DNA of 64,000 nucleotides from an uncultured Candidatus Saccharibacteria bacterium (GCA_964642585.1 CAZXPB010000001.1:3733-67732); one strand, 5' to 3'; shown: positions 10,023-19,566, numbered from the stretch's first letter. Numbers and translations: made by a program. The notes: generated from the sequence alone by a model not told the origin.

Positions 10023-12437
10023 TTACTGGCTTAAGTAGATGTATCCCGTGTCCCCTTCAGAGAAATACCCACTGCGGGTAGCACTTGAGAATTCTTGATC
10101 GCTTGCTGTGTAGAAGTGATCGCCTATTGTTGGATTATATAATCTACGCCATGGAGTAGTTGAGGCATCATCACTACTTGCAATAAAGCCCATAATTCCT
10201 TCAAAAGTATAACCTGCGCTCTTTGCTTCTGCTTCACTTGTTGTATAGAAGTGATCGCCAATTGCACGACTGTAAGATCGGTATAATGGTAGAGAGCCAT
10301 CTTTGCGAACACCATAGATATATCCAGAGATTCCTTCTGACACATACCCACGAGTTAGTAGTGAATCTCTTTCGGAGAAGTTTGTAGTATAGAAGTGATC
10401 GCCATCAGCACTACTCCAGAGTCTAAACACTGGTTGTAATTCAGTTGGTGATGAACCTCCACACAAATGAGCGATAATTCCTTCGTCTGCGTATCCAAGT
10501 TCAACTGTTGCATTCTTTTCTTGTTCACTGGTTGTAGCAACATAGTCAAAGGTTGGAGCGCCTTTGTACAATCTAAACCATGGAGATGAACCTGTTACAC
10601 TAGAAGTGTAAGCATATCCAATGATACCCTCAGGAGTAAACCCATACTGCGCAGCATCATTTATTGTTGAATAGTAGTGAGCACCTTGGCTAGAATTTGA
10701 ACTTCTGTAAATTGGTTCTGAGTTGGCTACTTGTTCATTAAACACATACCCTGAGATTCCTTCAAATCTATATCCACTAGGTTTTTCTGCTGCACTTGTA
10801 GTATAGAAGTGATCGCTAGCAGCTGGGCTCCACCATCTGTAGATTGCTGTCAATTTACTAATGTTATTTTTAGTCATACAAGTACTTGAAGAGCTTCCAC
10901 CTCCTCCACCAGAGCCGCCACCGCCAGTTGAACAAGTCATCTCAGCTCCAACTGGAAGAGCTGCATCTTCAACGGTTGCTTGTACGATCTTATTCCAATC
11001 GTAACCAAGACAAATAAACACTTCTGCAGTAGCAAAAGGACGAATTTTTCCATTTTCTATTAAATAAACGCCAGTTGGGTTGTTTTGACCAGGTAAATTG
11101 ATAATCAAAGTTCCATTTGGATGCACTCCACCAGTTTGAGTACCCAACGCAGTTACTTTCCAGGTAAAGCTTTTTGTGCCAGTGCGCTTGGCGCCATCCG
11201 CAGGACCACATGACACAGAAACATTAACCGTATATGTCCCAAGAGTTCTTGCTCGAGCTGTAAATGTTGCCATACTTTCGCCTGCATCAGCAAAATTATC
11301 AACTCTACTAAGAGCTGCTCCAGACACTGCTGGATTCACGCTTACCAAAGTCCAACTACATTCTGATGTATCAGCGTTTGTTGTTTGAATGTTTGTAGAA
11401 TAATCAGTATTAATTTTCCCATCAGGAAAACTTCCTGAAATATCTATGGAACCCTGAACTGGGGGTTGTTTTCCATCTTGGACTGTCCAGTTAAATGATT
11501 TTGTTACAACTTTTTTCTCTCCATTTTCTGGACCACAAGATGCAGAGACTTTCACTACATAAGTCCCAACAGTTGTTGGCCTAGCTTCAAAAGTAACAGT
11601 AGTTTCTACGGGAGCAACAACATTATCTATTTTTGTTAATTTCGCATCCTTTAGCTCAGGTTTGATCTCGTTCAAAGTTAGAACACATAGTTCACTTTTT
11701 GCATTGACTGTTGAAATATTTGTAGAGTAAGCAGTGTTAACTACACCGTTTGTGAAATTCGCGGACAAATCCAACTGTCCAGGAACCGGTGTTTGTCCAG
11801 CGGCCTTTACTGACCAACTAAATTCTTTTTGACCAGTTTGTCCATCCGCACAAGTGGCTTTGATGACAATTTTATAATCTCCAACATTTGCTGGGATTGT
11901 ACTATAAATAGCTTCATTGCCTTCTAATGTTCTAGGGGCAATTGTTGCTTTAGAAATTGTCGGTGTGCTTGAGATAATTCTCCAAGTACAAGGTTTTGCA
12001 ACCACACCAGAGGTGGAAACAATGGTTTCGTAATTTTGTCCTACTGTTCCTGCAGCAAAATCTCCAGTTAAAATAATTTTAGAGATCGTACTACCAGTAT
12101 CCCCGCCGCCTTTATCATCGGGAACTAGCACTCCACCACCACAAAGGCTTCCATCTTTAACTTCGGAGTCACAATTAGCTTTGTTATACAAAGGATTTAA
12201 CTGGAGCCCAAAAAGAGAAACTTTTTGACCAGTTACCATAACAAAACTAACACTGACTAAAATACCAGCCATTATAAGCATGGCTACTGACAAAAACTTA
12301 TGGGATTTAACCCATTCCACTAACATATTTGGCTTTTTAGGCAGTTTTGGGCTATTTTGGCCCATTCCACTACCTGAAACGCCAGTACTCTTCGAGGGTT
12401 GGTTCCCCGGAGGTACAACATACTCTACTTCATTCAT
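10023..12437 (-). CDS. large membrane-anchored surface protein: N-terminal signal-anchor, two tandem ~110-aa Ig-like repeats, Gly/Ser linker, five C-terminal ~40-aa DHFYT-motif repeats
   Basis: 804 aa. TM segment FLSVAMLIMAGILVSVSFVMV. Internal repeat pairs (…VSASCGPENGEKK… / …VSVSCGPADGAKR…). GGGGSGGGGGSSSS linker. Repeated WxxxxGDHFYTTSxxExxxxGYxxEGIxGYIY units (resemble DUF5648-type repeats; assignment from memory). Confidence 0.85.
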   Translation of the reverse strand: MNEVEYVVPPGNQPSKSTGVSGSGMGQNSPKLPKKPNMLVEWVKSHKFLSVAMLIMAGILVSVSFVMVTGQKVSLFGLQLNPLYNKANCDSEVKDGSLCGGGVLVPDDKGGGDTGSTISKIILTGDFAAGTVGQNYETIVSTSGVVAKPCTWRIISSTPTISKATIAPRTLEGNEAIYSTIPANVGDYKIVIKATCADGQTGQKEFSWSVKAAGQTPVPGQLDLSANFTNGVVNTAYSTNISTVNAKSELCVLTLNEIKPELKDAKLTKIDNVVAPVETTVTFEARPTTVGTYVVKVSASCGPENGEKKVVTKSFNWTVQDGKQPPVQGSIDISGSFPDGKINTDYSTNIQTTNADTSECSWTLVSVNPAVSGAALSRVDNFADAGESMATFTARARTLGTYTVNVSVSCGPADGAKRTGTKSFTWKVTALGTQTGGVHPNGTLIINLPGQNNPTGVYLIENGKIRPFATAEVFICLGYDWNKIVQATVEDAALPVGAEMTCSTGGGGSGGGGGSSSSTCMTKNNISKLTAIYRWWSPAASDHFYTTSAAEKPSGYRFEGISGYVFNEQVANSEPIYRSSNSSQGAHYYSTINDAAQYGFTPEGIIGYAYTSSVTGSSPWFRLYKGAPTFDYVATTSEQEKNATVELGYADEGIIAHLCGGSSPTELQPVFRLWSSADGDHFYTTNFSERDSLLTRGYVSEGISGYIYGVRKDGSLPLYRSYSRAIGDHFYTTSEAEAKSAGYTFEGIMGFIASSDDASTTPWRRLYNPTIGDHFYTASDQEFSSATRSGYFSEGDTGYIYLSQ

Positions 12438-12583
12438 GAGCGTTGCGATTTAATTGTTTTTTTGTTTTGGTTTCAAATTAACGAGTAATTTTTCTCGTAT
12501 TTTGTAACATCTAAATTCATTTTAGCACATTTTCATATAAAAATCAAGTAAGATGTGTGTTTATTAATGAAAGAGTAAAAGAA

Positions 12584-12615
12584 GAACCGATGTCAATTAA
12601 AATAACTATCGGTTC
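12584..12615 (-). terminator. terminator hairpin overlapping the stop of the 12606-13448 gene
   Basis: gaaccgat...atcggttc 8-bp stem followed by a T-rich run on the minus strand. Confidence 0.5.
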
Positions 12616-13448
12616 AAGTAAAAATCAAGTTCCACCAACTCGTAAAGCTTGGCCAAGCCTGCGACTAAAGCTAATTGATTGGTAATACTGTCGGGGTTGT
12701 GTCCATGAACCAGATAACCAGTCTCAGCATCAGTCTCATTATATTTTGAGCCTTCTGGAATTAAGGCAACTCGCGATCCGACACCCAAGACTAAATAGCA
12801 AGAGTGACTGACATATGCCTCGAATCGATTAACCCCCTCAGCCTCGAATATATCTGGATACATGACGCTCTCCGACTGCTTCATGGCGCAAGCAATTTCA
12901 TTGAGAACTTCATGATTTTGATGCTTTATTGCCCATTCAACGATAATTCGAGAGTAAAACGCCTGAATTGGTGCACCACACATATCTCGTTTGGCAACCC
13001 CAGTTTCAAAAACCAGCAATTGTGGCAAGGTCTCAGGTTCAGACACTGGCAGATATTTAGTCTTAATCATCCTTAAAGCTTGAGCAAGAATAGAAATTGA
13101 TGCAGCTGTAGCATACACCAACTCATCTTCTTCCTTTTCTTGAGATGGGATATCTATTTCGTATCTCATCCAATTTTCTTCATTGCTTTCAACTGTGCGA
13201 ATAGTTTCGTTATATCCCCAAGAATTTAAATCTGGTTGACGAAAACTCTTAAGGAGTAAGTCTTCCGAATAGTCCTGTGCGGAACCAAAATTACTTGGAA
13301 CTATTTCCTTGAACCACCCCAACACATTCTCATGAACCAAAAATACTATTGTTCCAGGAGAAACGAACTTCATGCGAAACCATGCGGGAAGTAAGTACCC
13401 TTTATATTCCATTAATAACCCAGCATTTCCTAACATAGATACCTCCAT
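12606..13448 (-). CDS. hypothetical cytoplasmic protein, no recognisable motif (orphan; GC-richer than surroundings)
   Basis: 280 aa ORF. Interior ATG (MLGNAG...) is an alternative start. No family recognised by eye. Confidence 0.55.
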   Translation of the reverse strand: MEVSMLGNAGLLMEYKGYLLPAWFRMKFVSPGTIVFLVHENVLGWFKEIVPSNFGSAQDYSEDLLLKSFRQPDLNSWGYNETIRTVESNEENWMRYEIDIPSQEKEEDELVYATAASISILAQALRMIKTKYLPVSEPETLPQLLVFETGVAKRDMCGAPIQAFYSRIIVEWAIKHQNHEVLNEIACAMKQSESVMYPDIFEAEGVNRFEAYVSHSCYLVLGVGSRVALIPEGSKYNETDAETGYLVHGHNPDSITNQLALVAGLAKLYELVELDFYLNR

Positions 13449-13493
13449 AGTATTATATTTCCCTAATATACTCTCAATGTGTAGTTCTGTCTA

Positions 13494-13502
13494 TGCTACA
13501 AT
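13494..13502 (+). promoter_or_regulatory. extended -10 promoter (TGcTACAAT) 7 nt upstream of ruvA ATG (leaderless)
   Basis: ctaTGcTACAATtaagtatATG; spacing matches the recurrent pattern in this window. Confidence 0.5.
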
Positions 13503-13509
13503 TAAGTAT

Positions 13510-14088
13510 ATGATAGCTTATTTACAGGGTAAAATTCATCAAAAAACCACTCAATATATAGTGCTTTTGGGCGGTTCTGGCAGTGGTAATAGCATCGGTT
13601 ACAAGGTTTTTGTGACTCCAGAAATATTAGATTTACCAATTGGCAGTGAAACTGAGCTCTATATATATCACAAAAGTGGAGATGATGGCCAAGTCCTTTT
13701 TGGGATGCCCTCCTTTGCAAACCTACAGTTCTTTGAGATGCTTATTTCTGTCACAGGAGTGGGCCCAAAAATGGCTTTAACTATTGTTTCTGCAGCTCAA
13801 ATGGACATTTTACAACAAGCCATCGCTAACTCTGATACTGAAATCTTTACTCGTATGGCTGGTGTTGGTAAAAAAACTGCTGAAAGGATTATTTTGGAAC
13901 TTCGCAGCAAAATTACTAGTGATGGCCTCCTTGAAAGTACAAATGCAATCGGAAGTGATATTTACGATGCTCTAATTAGTCTTGGCTACAACCCAAGAGA
14001 AATTCGTGACACAATCCCCCAACTAGACTCTACTGCCGATACCGCAACTCAATTAAAGCACGCATTGAAACTACTTGGTAAAAATTAA
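13510..14088 (+). CDS. ruvA: Holliday junction branch migration protein RuvA
   Basis: MIAYLQGKI... N-terminus; HhH region (GVGPKMALTIVS / GVGKKTAERII); C-terminal domain III. The ORF-track start at 13372 is an artefactual extension that overlaps the upstream convergent gene. Confidence 0.9.
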   Translation: MIAYLQGKIHQKTTQYIVLLGGSGSGNSIGYKVFVTPEILDLPIGSETELYIYHKSGDDGQVLFGMPSFANLQFFEMLISVTGVGPKMALTIVSAAQMDILQQAIANSDTEIFTRMAGVGKKTAERIILELRSKITSDGLLESTNAIGSDIYDALISLGYNPREIRDTIPQLDSTADTATQLKHALKLLGKN

Positions 14089-14117
14089 CTTAAACTTCTT
14101 AGGAGTTTTCAACTCAG

Positions 14118-15143
14118 ATGGAAATTAGACAAGTTGCTATTGAAAATATAGATAAGTATGAAAGTTTTTTAAAAGAACAGTCGTTTTGTTCTTTTTTACA
14201 ATGTTCAGATTGGGGCGCATGGCAAGAAGCTCAAGGTCAAAAAGTTTTACGATTTATATTTGTAGAAGGCAATGATATTTTAGGAAGCGCGCAAGTTATC
14301 CTAAAAAGTACTCCACTTGGAAAATATTTTTACTGTCCTTACGGACCAGTTTTTAAAAAAGATTTACGTGGTGAAGATATAAAAAATATTTTTGAAAAAC
14401 TAATTACAAATTTAAAGCAAGATAAAAATATTTTATTTGTGCGCGTAGAGCCAACAACAGTTTTAGATTTAAATAAATTTGGTGGAGTAAAAGCAGAACC
14501 GGTGCAACCACCCCAAACTTTACTAAAAGATATTTCAGGCAGTGTTGATGATTTACAAAAAAGTTTTCACCATAAAACTCGTTACAATATTAAACTTGCA
14601 CAGAAGCACGAAGTAGAAATAAAATCTTTTAAAACACTTAACGAGAACTCTAGGTTAGTGATAGATTTAATAATGCAAACTTCAAGACGGCAGGGTTATA
14701 GAAACCATTCAGAAAGTTACATCACAAAGTTGTGGGGTTATTTTTCTGAAAATAAAAACGACGAAATTTCAGTTACAGGTTACTTAGCAGAAAAAGGTGG
14801 GCTAGCAATTGCCAGTGGTTTAGTTGTGGATTTTGCGAACACTCGCATGTATTTGTTCGGTGGCTCAAACTACGCAGGCCGAAATTTTATGGGTCCATAT
14901 CTGATGCATTGGCAAGCTATGCTAGACGCTAAAGAGAAAGGATTAGCTCTCTACGACTTTGGAGCAGGAGAGGATGCCAGTGGTAAAAGTGGGGGTTACG
15001 CGCGTTTTAAAAAGGGCTTTAACCCAGAAATAGTAGAGTTTTCTGGCACTTTCGACTTTGTTGTGAATTCCCCTAAATACACTATATTCAGAGCGCTTCG
15101 CAAAGTTAATCGGTTACGTTTACACTTGCCATTCGTAAAATAA
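14118..15143 (+). CDS. FemAB-family peptidoglycan interpeptide-bridge aminoacyltransferase (FemX-like)
   Basis: 341 aa. N-terminal SFLQCSDWGAWQ motif typical of FemAB/FemX (cf. FLQSSEWG). Adjacent to a Mur ligase gene. Confidence 0.75.
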   Translation: MEIRQVAIENIDKYESFLKEQSFCSFLQCSDWGAWQEAQGQKVLRFIFVEGNDILGSAQVILKSTPLGKYFYCPYGPVFKKDLRGEDIKNIFEKLITNLKQDKNILFVRVEPTTVLDLNKFGGVKAEPVQPPQTLLKDISGSVDDLQKSFHHKTRYNIKLAQKHEVEIKSFKTLNENSRLVIDLIMQTSRRQGYRNHSESYITKLWGYFSENKNDEISVTGYLAEKGGLAIASGLVVDFANTRMYLFGGSNYAGRNFMGPYLMHWQAMLDAKEKGLALYDFGAGEDASGKSGGYARFKKGFNPEIVEFSGTFDFVVNSPKYTIFRALRKVNRLRLHLPFVK

Positions 15144-15147
15144 ATAT

Positions 15148-16464
15148 ATGCTTACTACTTTAAAATTACTTATTAAAATGGTTGTACCGAAATTTTTGTT
15201 TCGCTTAGCTCAACCTATTTACCACGGACTTGTGGCACAAATTGCGAGTATCTATTTTGGCGCGCCCAGCACAAAACTTTTTGTTATTGGTGTCACTGGA
15301 ACAGCAGGCAAATCTACTACCGTAATGATGCTTGCAAAAATTTTAAATACTGACGGGAAGAAAACTGGATACATTACCACAGCTGGATCCTCCAATGGTG
15401 AAGACAGTAGAGTAAATAAACACGGCCTGTCTATGCCTGGTGGATGGATGTTACAAAAGCAATTAAGCGAAATGGTTTTGAAAGGTTGTAAATTTGCTAT
15501 TGTTGAATGCACTTCTGAAGGCTTAGCGCAGAACAGGCATAAAGGAATTCAATTTCAAGGTGCGTTATTTACGAACCTATCCCCTGCTCACATTGACAGT
15601 CATGGTAGTTTTGAAAATTACAGAAACGCGAAAGGAAAACTTTTTTCTAGCCTTACCCAAACTCCAGAAAGTTTTATTGGTGTAAATTTAGATGACCCAA
15701 ACAAAAATTATTTTCTATCTTTTTTGGCAAACAAAAAGTTTGGAGTTAGTATGCGGGAAGATTTAACTAAGCCTGAGAGTTTAGAAACTTTCATTGCTGA
15801 AAATATTTCTGTTTCTGACAAAATAGATTTTGATGTTGCTACAAATAAAGAAACCACGCATATTAGTTTTCAGATGTTCGGCACTTTCAATGTTGCCAAC
15901 GCGCTCTTAGCAATCGGCGCTGCAAAAATAGTTGGCACAAATTTCGCAACATCGGCAAAAGCTTTCAATAGTTTAAATTCAATCCCAGGGCGGATGGAAA
16001 CCATACAAGCTAAAAATGGTGCAACGGTCATTGTAGATTACGCCCCGGAACCCGCAGCGATGGAAAGCTCCCTGCGTGCCGTACAGATGCTTAGTCATAA
16101 AAAAATAATTCATGTGTTTGGCTCCACTGGCGGACACCGCGATGTTTCAAAACGATTTACTTTTGGAGAAATCTCAGCAAAATTTGCCGATACTATTATC
16201 ATCACCAACGATGATGTTTATGACTCAAATCCTGAAGAAATAGCAAAAAATATTGAGGAAGGTATTGGGCTCCAAGAAAATGCAAAAGTGACCACAGTGC
16301 ATTTGATTCTAGATCGCAAAGAAGCGATTAAAAAAGCATTGGAAATTGCCGGATCAGAAGATATCGTGTTAATTACCGGCAAAGGATCTGAGCAATTCCT
16401 AATTTTACCAGGAAACAAGAGAATCCATTGGGACGATCGAAAAGTAGTAAAAGAATTATTATGA
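15148..16464 (+). CDS. Mur ligase family protein (MurE-like UDP-MurNAc-peptide ligase homologue)
   Basis: P-loop VIGVTGTAGKSTT; C-terminal ...GKGSEQFLILPGNKRIHWDDRKVVKELL like MurE. N-terminal domain short. Confidence 0.75.
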   Translation: MLTTLKLLIKMVVPKFLFRLAQPIYHGLVAQIASIYFGAPSTKLFVIGVTGTAGKSTTVMMLAKILNTDGKKTGYITTAGSSNGEDSRVNKHGLSMPGGWMLQKQLSEMVLKGCKFAIVECTSEGLAQNRHKGIQFQGALFTNLSPAHIDSHGSFENYRNAKGKLFSSLTQTPESFIGVNLDDPNKNYFLSFLANKKFGVSMREDLTKPESLETFIAENISVSDKIDFDVATNKETTHISFQMFGTFNVANALLAIGAAKIVGTNFATSAKAFNSLNSIPGRMETIQAKNGATVIVDYAPEPAAMESSLRAVQMLSHKKIIHVFGSTGGHRDVSKRFTFGEISAKFADTIIITNDDVYDSNPEEIAKNIEEGIGLQENAKVTTVHLILDRKEAIKKALEIAGSEDIVLITGKGSEQFLILPGNKRIHWDDRKVVKELL

Positions 16465-16847
16465 TCTTATTTATTAACACCAGTGGTTTTGGAAACTTAC
16501 AATTTGTTTTAACCAACGGCACTGTAGTCAAACAGTTTGCAAAAGAAATTGCGTTCAACGAAAATTTTAAGACTAACGCTTTCTTAGAAATTTTCTTAAA
16601 GCAATCAAAAGTAACTCCGAGGGATCTGCAAAAAATAATTGTTTGTAGCGGGCCTGGGTCTTTCACTGGCATTCGCGTTGGAGTCAGCTTAGCTCAAGCC
16701 TTAGGATTTGCTCTACAAATCCCAGTAGTGGCTGTGGCGAAATCTAAAGTCCCAGAAGATGTGCGAAAACTTACGAAGATTAGTGGGGGCAAATCTCTAA
16801 CTCTGAATTATGGCCAAAAGCCAAACATAACTAAATCTAAAAAATAG
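16461..16847 (+). CDS. tsaB: tRNA t6A biosynthesis protein TsaB (YeaZ-like), short form
   Basis: MILFINTSG...CSGPGSFTGIRVGVSLAQALGFAL motif. ATGA overlap with the Mur ligase stop; the ORF-track start at 16428 is an extension. Confidence 0.75.
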   Translation: MILFINTSGFGNLQFVLTNGTVVKQFAKEIAFNENFKTNAFLEIFLKQSKVTPRDLQKIIVCSGPGSFTGIRVGVSLAQALGFALQIPVVAVAKSKVPEDVRKLTKISGGKSLTLNYGQKPNITKSKK

Positions 16848-16860
16848 TTTTAATAAAGAT

Positions 16861-16890
16861 AAAAGCGGATCGTTAGATCCGCTTTATGTT
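16861..16890 (+). terminator. rho-independent terminator after tsaB
   Basis: aaagcggatcgttagatccgcttt hairpin followed by a U-rich tail. Confidence 0.75.
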
Positions 16891-17113
16891 AGTAACCCCT
16901 GTTGCTGGTCAACTAACCCCTGGCTACCCCCTTGTCCCCCCTTGAAAAACTTACGAAAAACCAACCTACTGTCGGCCGTTGTAGCCGAAGAATACTTCGG
17001 CCGGCGATTTTGGCACTGGATCCATAAGGAAATGGAATAGTGCCCTTATCGTTCTGAAAAAAGACATTGGGAACCTCCTCAATAATCCTCGATCATTTTT
17101 AAACAAACTTCTT

Positions 17114-17140
17114 AATTTGGTTTCCATTGAGACCAAATTT
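17114..17140 (-). terminator. putative terminator of the ABC operon
   Basis: aatttggt-ttccattgag-accaaatt 8-bp stem flanked by A/T runs. Confidence 0.4.
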
Positions 17141-17202
17141 GAATTAACAACACTATACAGAATAAATCACCTCTTGTCAAACCTACTATTCAGTAGCTAA
17201 GA

Positions 17203-17970
17203 CTATTCTTTTAATCTAAATTTCCAAAGAGTGAGGGCTAAAATTATAATCATCCACCCAGTGAGGATTATTAAATCTATCCACACTTGTCTAGTTATAT
17301 TCCCACTTAAAAATAGGATTCTAATGCCGTCTGCTAGATATGTAATAGGTAAAATTTTTCCAACAACTTTTAGAACTGCTGGGAGAGAATCAATTGGGAA
17401 AAAAATATTTCCCAGAAAAGTTAAAGGTAGTCCTACAGCAGTAGTGATCGGAGCCGCCGCTTCATAGGTATCTGCAAACATAGAGATTAGTAAACCAACG
17501 AGCAGAAAAATTGCTGCACCAATTGCAACGAAAACAAAGACAAACAACATTGTAATATTTAAGTTTACATGGAAAAATGCTACTCCAATAATTGTAAGGA
17601 ACATAGCTTGGATTAAAGCAATTATGACGCGACTAGCAAGAACGCTAATTACTAGCTCTCCCTGTTTCAATGGCGTGACTAGAAAACGTTTGATCACACC
17701 TCGTGACTTCAAATCAATCATCCAGTAAGCTAACCCATAAATTCCGCCTTGCATAACAGTCATAGCGATAATTCCCGGCAAAACGTATTTGGAATAATTT
17801 ACTCCCGACCCTGCCCCAAAAGCAGAACCAATTGGTAAAATAGAAAGGGCCACATAAATTATGGTTGGCATCACTAATGTAAAAAACATCCCAGTGCTAT
17901 TTCTATACACCAGACGCATATTCATCAAAAACAATTGGTTAAAGCTTGAGTTTTTCATTTTATTCTTCAA
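17203..17970 (-). CDS. ABC-2 type transporter permease
   Basis: 255 aa, 6 predicted TM helices; overlaps the upstream ATPase gene by 11 nt. Confidence 0.85.
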   Translation of the reverse strand: MKNKMKNSSFNQLFLMNMRLVYRNSTGMFFTLVMPTIIYVALSILPIGSAFGAGSGVNYSKYVLPGIIAMTVMQGGIYGLAYWMIDLKSRGVIKRFLVTPLKQGELVISVLASRVIIALIQAMFLTIIGVAFFHVNLNITMLFVFVFVAIGAAIFLLVGLLISMFADTYEAAAPITTAVGLPLTFLGNIFFPIDSLPAVLKVVGKILPITYLADGIRILFLSGNITRQVWIDLIILTGWMIIILALTLWKFRLKE

Positions 17971-18907
17971 AAGTTTTTCCTGTTAAATCTAAGTAAACAT
18001 CTTCTAAGGTAGCAGTCTTTACTGTAAATGAACTAAATTGAATATTTTTTTCTCGCAGTCTTTTTACGACATCTCCCACTACATCCAAATTCGAAATTTC
18101 AACTACTACTTTTGGAGTGGTGCTAAACATTTTTTCAACACCAGCGAGGCCTTCCCACAGACCTTGTGTGATTTCTGCATCTGTGAGAAAAGAAATTTGA
18201 GTGGTGTGTGAAAGGTCTTCAATTAATTTACGAGGGTCGTTAATAGCTAAGATTTCACCAGAATCCATAATTGCTACTCTGTTACATAAGTATTCCGCCT
18301 CTTCCATATAGTGTGTGGTTAAGACGATTGTGATGCCCCGCTCGTGAATGTGCTTTACTAGTTCCCATACATCACGGCGCGCTCGTGGATCAAGTCCTGT
18401 GGTTGGTTCGTCTAAAAATAAAATCTCTGGATCATTCACTAGAGCAGAAGCCAAAGTGAATCTTTGTTTTTGGCCTCCAGACAAATCTTTTACAAGTGCA
18501 TTTTTCTTATCTACTAAATTTACAAAGCCAAGCAGCTCATCTACATTGGCAGATTTCCCGTAAAGTGATGCGAAGACCTCTAGCAATTCTGAAAGTGACA
18601 TGAGGTTCATGTATTCACTGGACTGAAGTTGAACACCAATCCGTTTTTTTATTTGATCATTTTCAGTTTCGTTATTTAAACCCAAAACCAGAACTTCACC
18701 GGAAGTTTGCTTTTTCAATCCTTCAATAATTTCTAGTGTAGTAGTTTTGCCTGCACCATTTGGTCCTAGGATTCCAAAAATCTCACCCTTCTCTACTGAG
18801 AATGATGTTCCTTTTACAGCCTGGAAAGTAGTTCGCCCTTCTTTGCGTTCTTGTTTGGGCAGTTGATAAATTTTTTGTAAATTAGTGACTTCAATTACTT
18901 TTGGCAT
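17960..18907 (-). CDS. ABC transporter ATP-binding protein
   Basis: Walker A GPNGAGKTT, signature LSGGQKQR, Walker B ILFLDEPT. True start is MPKVIEV at 18907; the ORF-track start at 19051 is an extension over the promoter/terminator. Confidence 0.9.
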   Translation of the reverse strand: MPKVIEVTNLQKIYQLPKQERKEGRTTFQAVKGTSFSVEKGEIFGILGPNGAGKTTTLEIIEGLKKQTSGEVLVLGLNNETENDQIKKRIGVQLQSSEYMNLMSLSELLEVFASLYGKSANVDELLGFVNLVDKKNALVKDLSGGQKQRFTLASALVNDPEILFLDEPTTGLDPRARRDVWELVKHIHERGITIVLTTHYMEEAEYLCNRVAIMDSGEILAINDPRKLIEDLSHTTQISFLTDAEITQGLWEGLAGVEKMFSTTPKVVVEISNLDVVGDVVKRLREKNIQFSSFTVKTATLEDVYLDLTGKTFEE

Positions 18908-18922
18908 ATTTGGATTATACCA
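18908..18922 (-). promoter_or_regulatory. extended -10 promoter (TGgTATAAT) 6 nt from the ABC ATPase ATG (leaderless)
   Basis: Minus-strand reading ...tTGgTATAATccaaatATG. Confidence 0.55.
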
Positions 18923-18923
18923 T

Positions 18924-18961
18924 AAAAAAAGCGCCCTACTACCACAAGAATAGTAAGGCGC
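18924..18961 (-). terminator. terminator of the 18982-19470 membrane-protein gene
   Basis: gcgccttacta...tagtagggcgc hairpin followed by T7 on the minus strand. Confidence 0.6.
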
Positions 18962-18981
18962 GAAGACGACGATGGTCGGCA

Positions 18982-19470
18982 TTATTTCGAGTCGGATTCG
19001 AATTTCCAACCGTTCTTTGCAAAACCCGGGGCAAGTGCAAAAGTGACCCATAGTAACCCAAGAGCTGCTGCAATTGCGATCTGCGAATAGCCTTGATCTC
19101 CAAACCTATTGATCTTTTCGAAAGATCGTAGGGTTAGCAGATTCATCAGTGAGAAAAAGACGAGGTTGCAAAAAGGTACAACAATTTTAGCAGCGATATG
19201 CTGGGCGCGATGTTTCTCGTAAGCCCTAATTACACTGTCTCCTCTCTTGGCAGAGTACGAATAACCGACATGCACAAAAAAATGACAGAGAGTGGCACCG
19301 GCAAGCGTACCGATTTGGACGTAGAGCACGTACCAACTTACTGATTGATTCCAGTAAGACGCGGCCACGCTGAGCAGAGTAGCGACCAACCACCCTACGA
19401 ACATGATGATGTACATCAAACCATTAAACAAGAGAGTTTCGCCTCTCAATTTATCATCTAAAGCAATCAT
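18982..19470 (-). CDS. hypothetical integral membrane protein (GC-richer)
   Basis: 162 aa, 4 hydrophobic segments; followed by its own terminator. Confidence 0.6.
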   Translation of the reverse strand: MIALDDKLRGETLLFNGLMYIIMFVGWLVATLLSVAASYWNQSVSWYVLYVQIGTLAGATLCHFFVHVGYSYSAKRGDSVIRAYEKHRAQHIAAKIVVPFCNLVFFSLMNLLTLRSFEKINRFGDQGYSQIAIAAALGLLWVTFALAPGFAKNGWKFESDSK

Positions 19471-19566
19471 AATTCCTCCAAAAGTCTTTGTTTAGACAAC
19501 TGTTACTTCTGTGGTAAATCCAAAAGAATTGAAACAGGATACAGCATTGTACTACTTTTGGGTTGT

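Noticed and set aside
13372-13509. N-terminal extension of ruvA in the ORF track
   Set aside because: It overlaps the convergent gene 12606-13448. The RuvA-typical N-terminus MIAYLQGKI starts at 13510, directly behind an extended -10 element.
18908-19051. N-terminal extension of the ABC ATPase
   Set aside because: It would read through a terminator hairpin and promoter and overlap the upstream gene. The conserved ABC N-terminus begins at MPKVIEV (18907).
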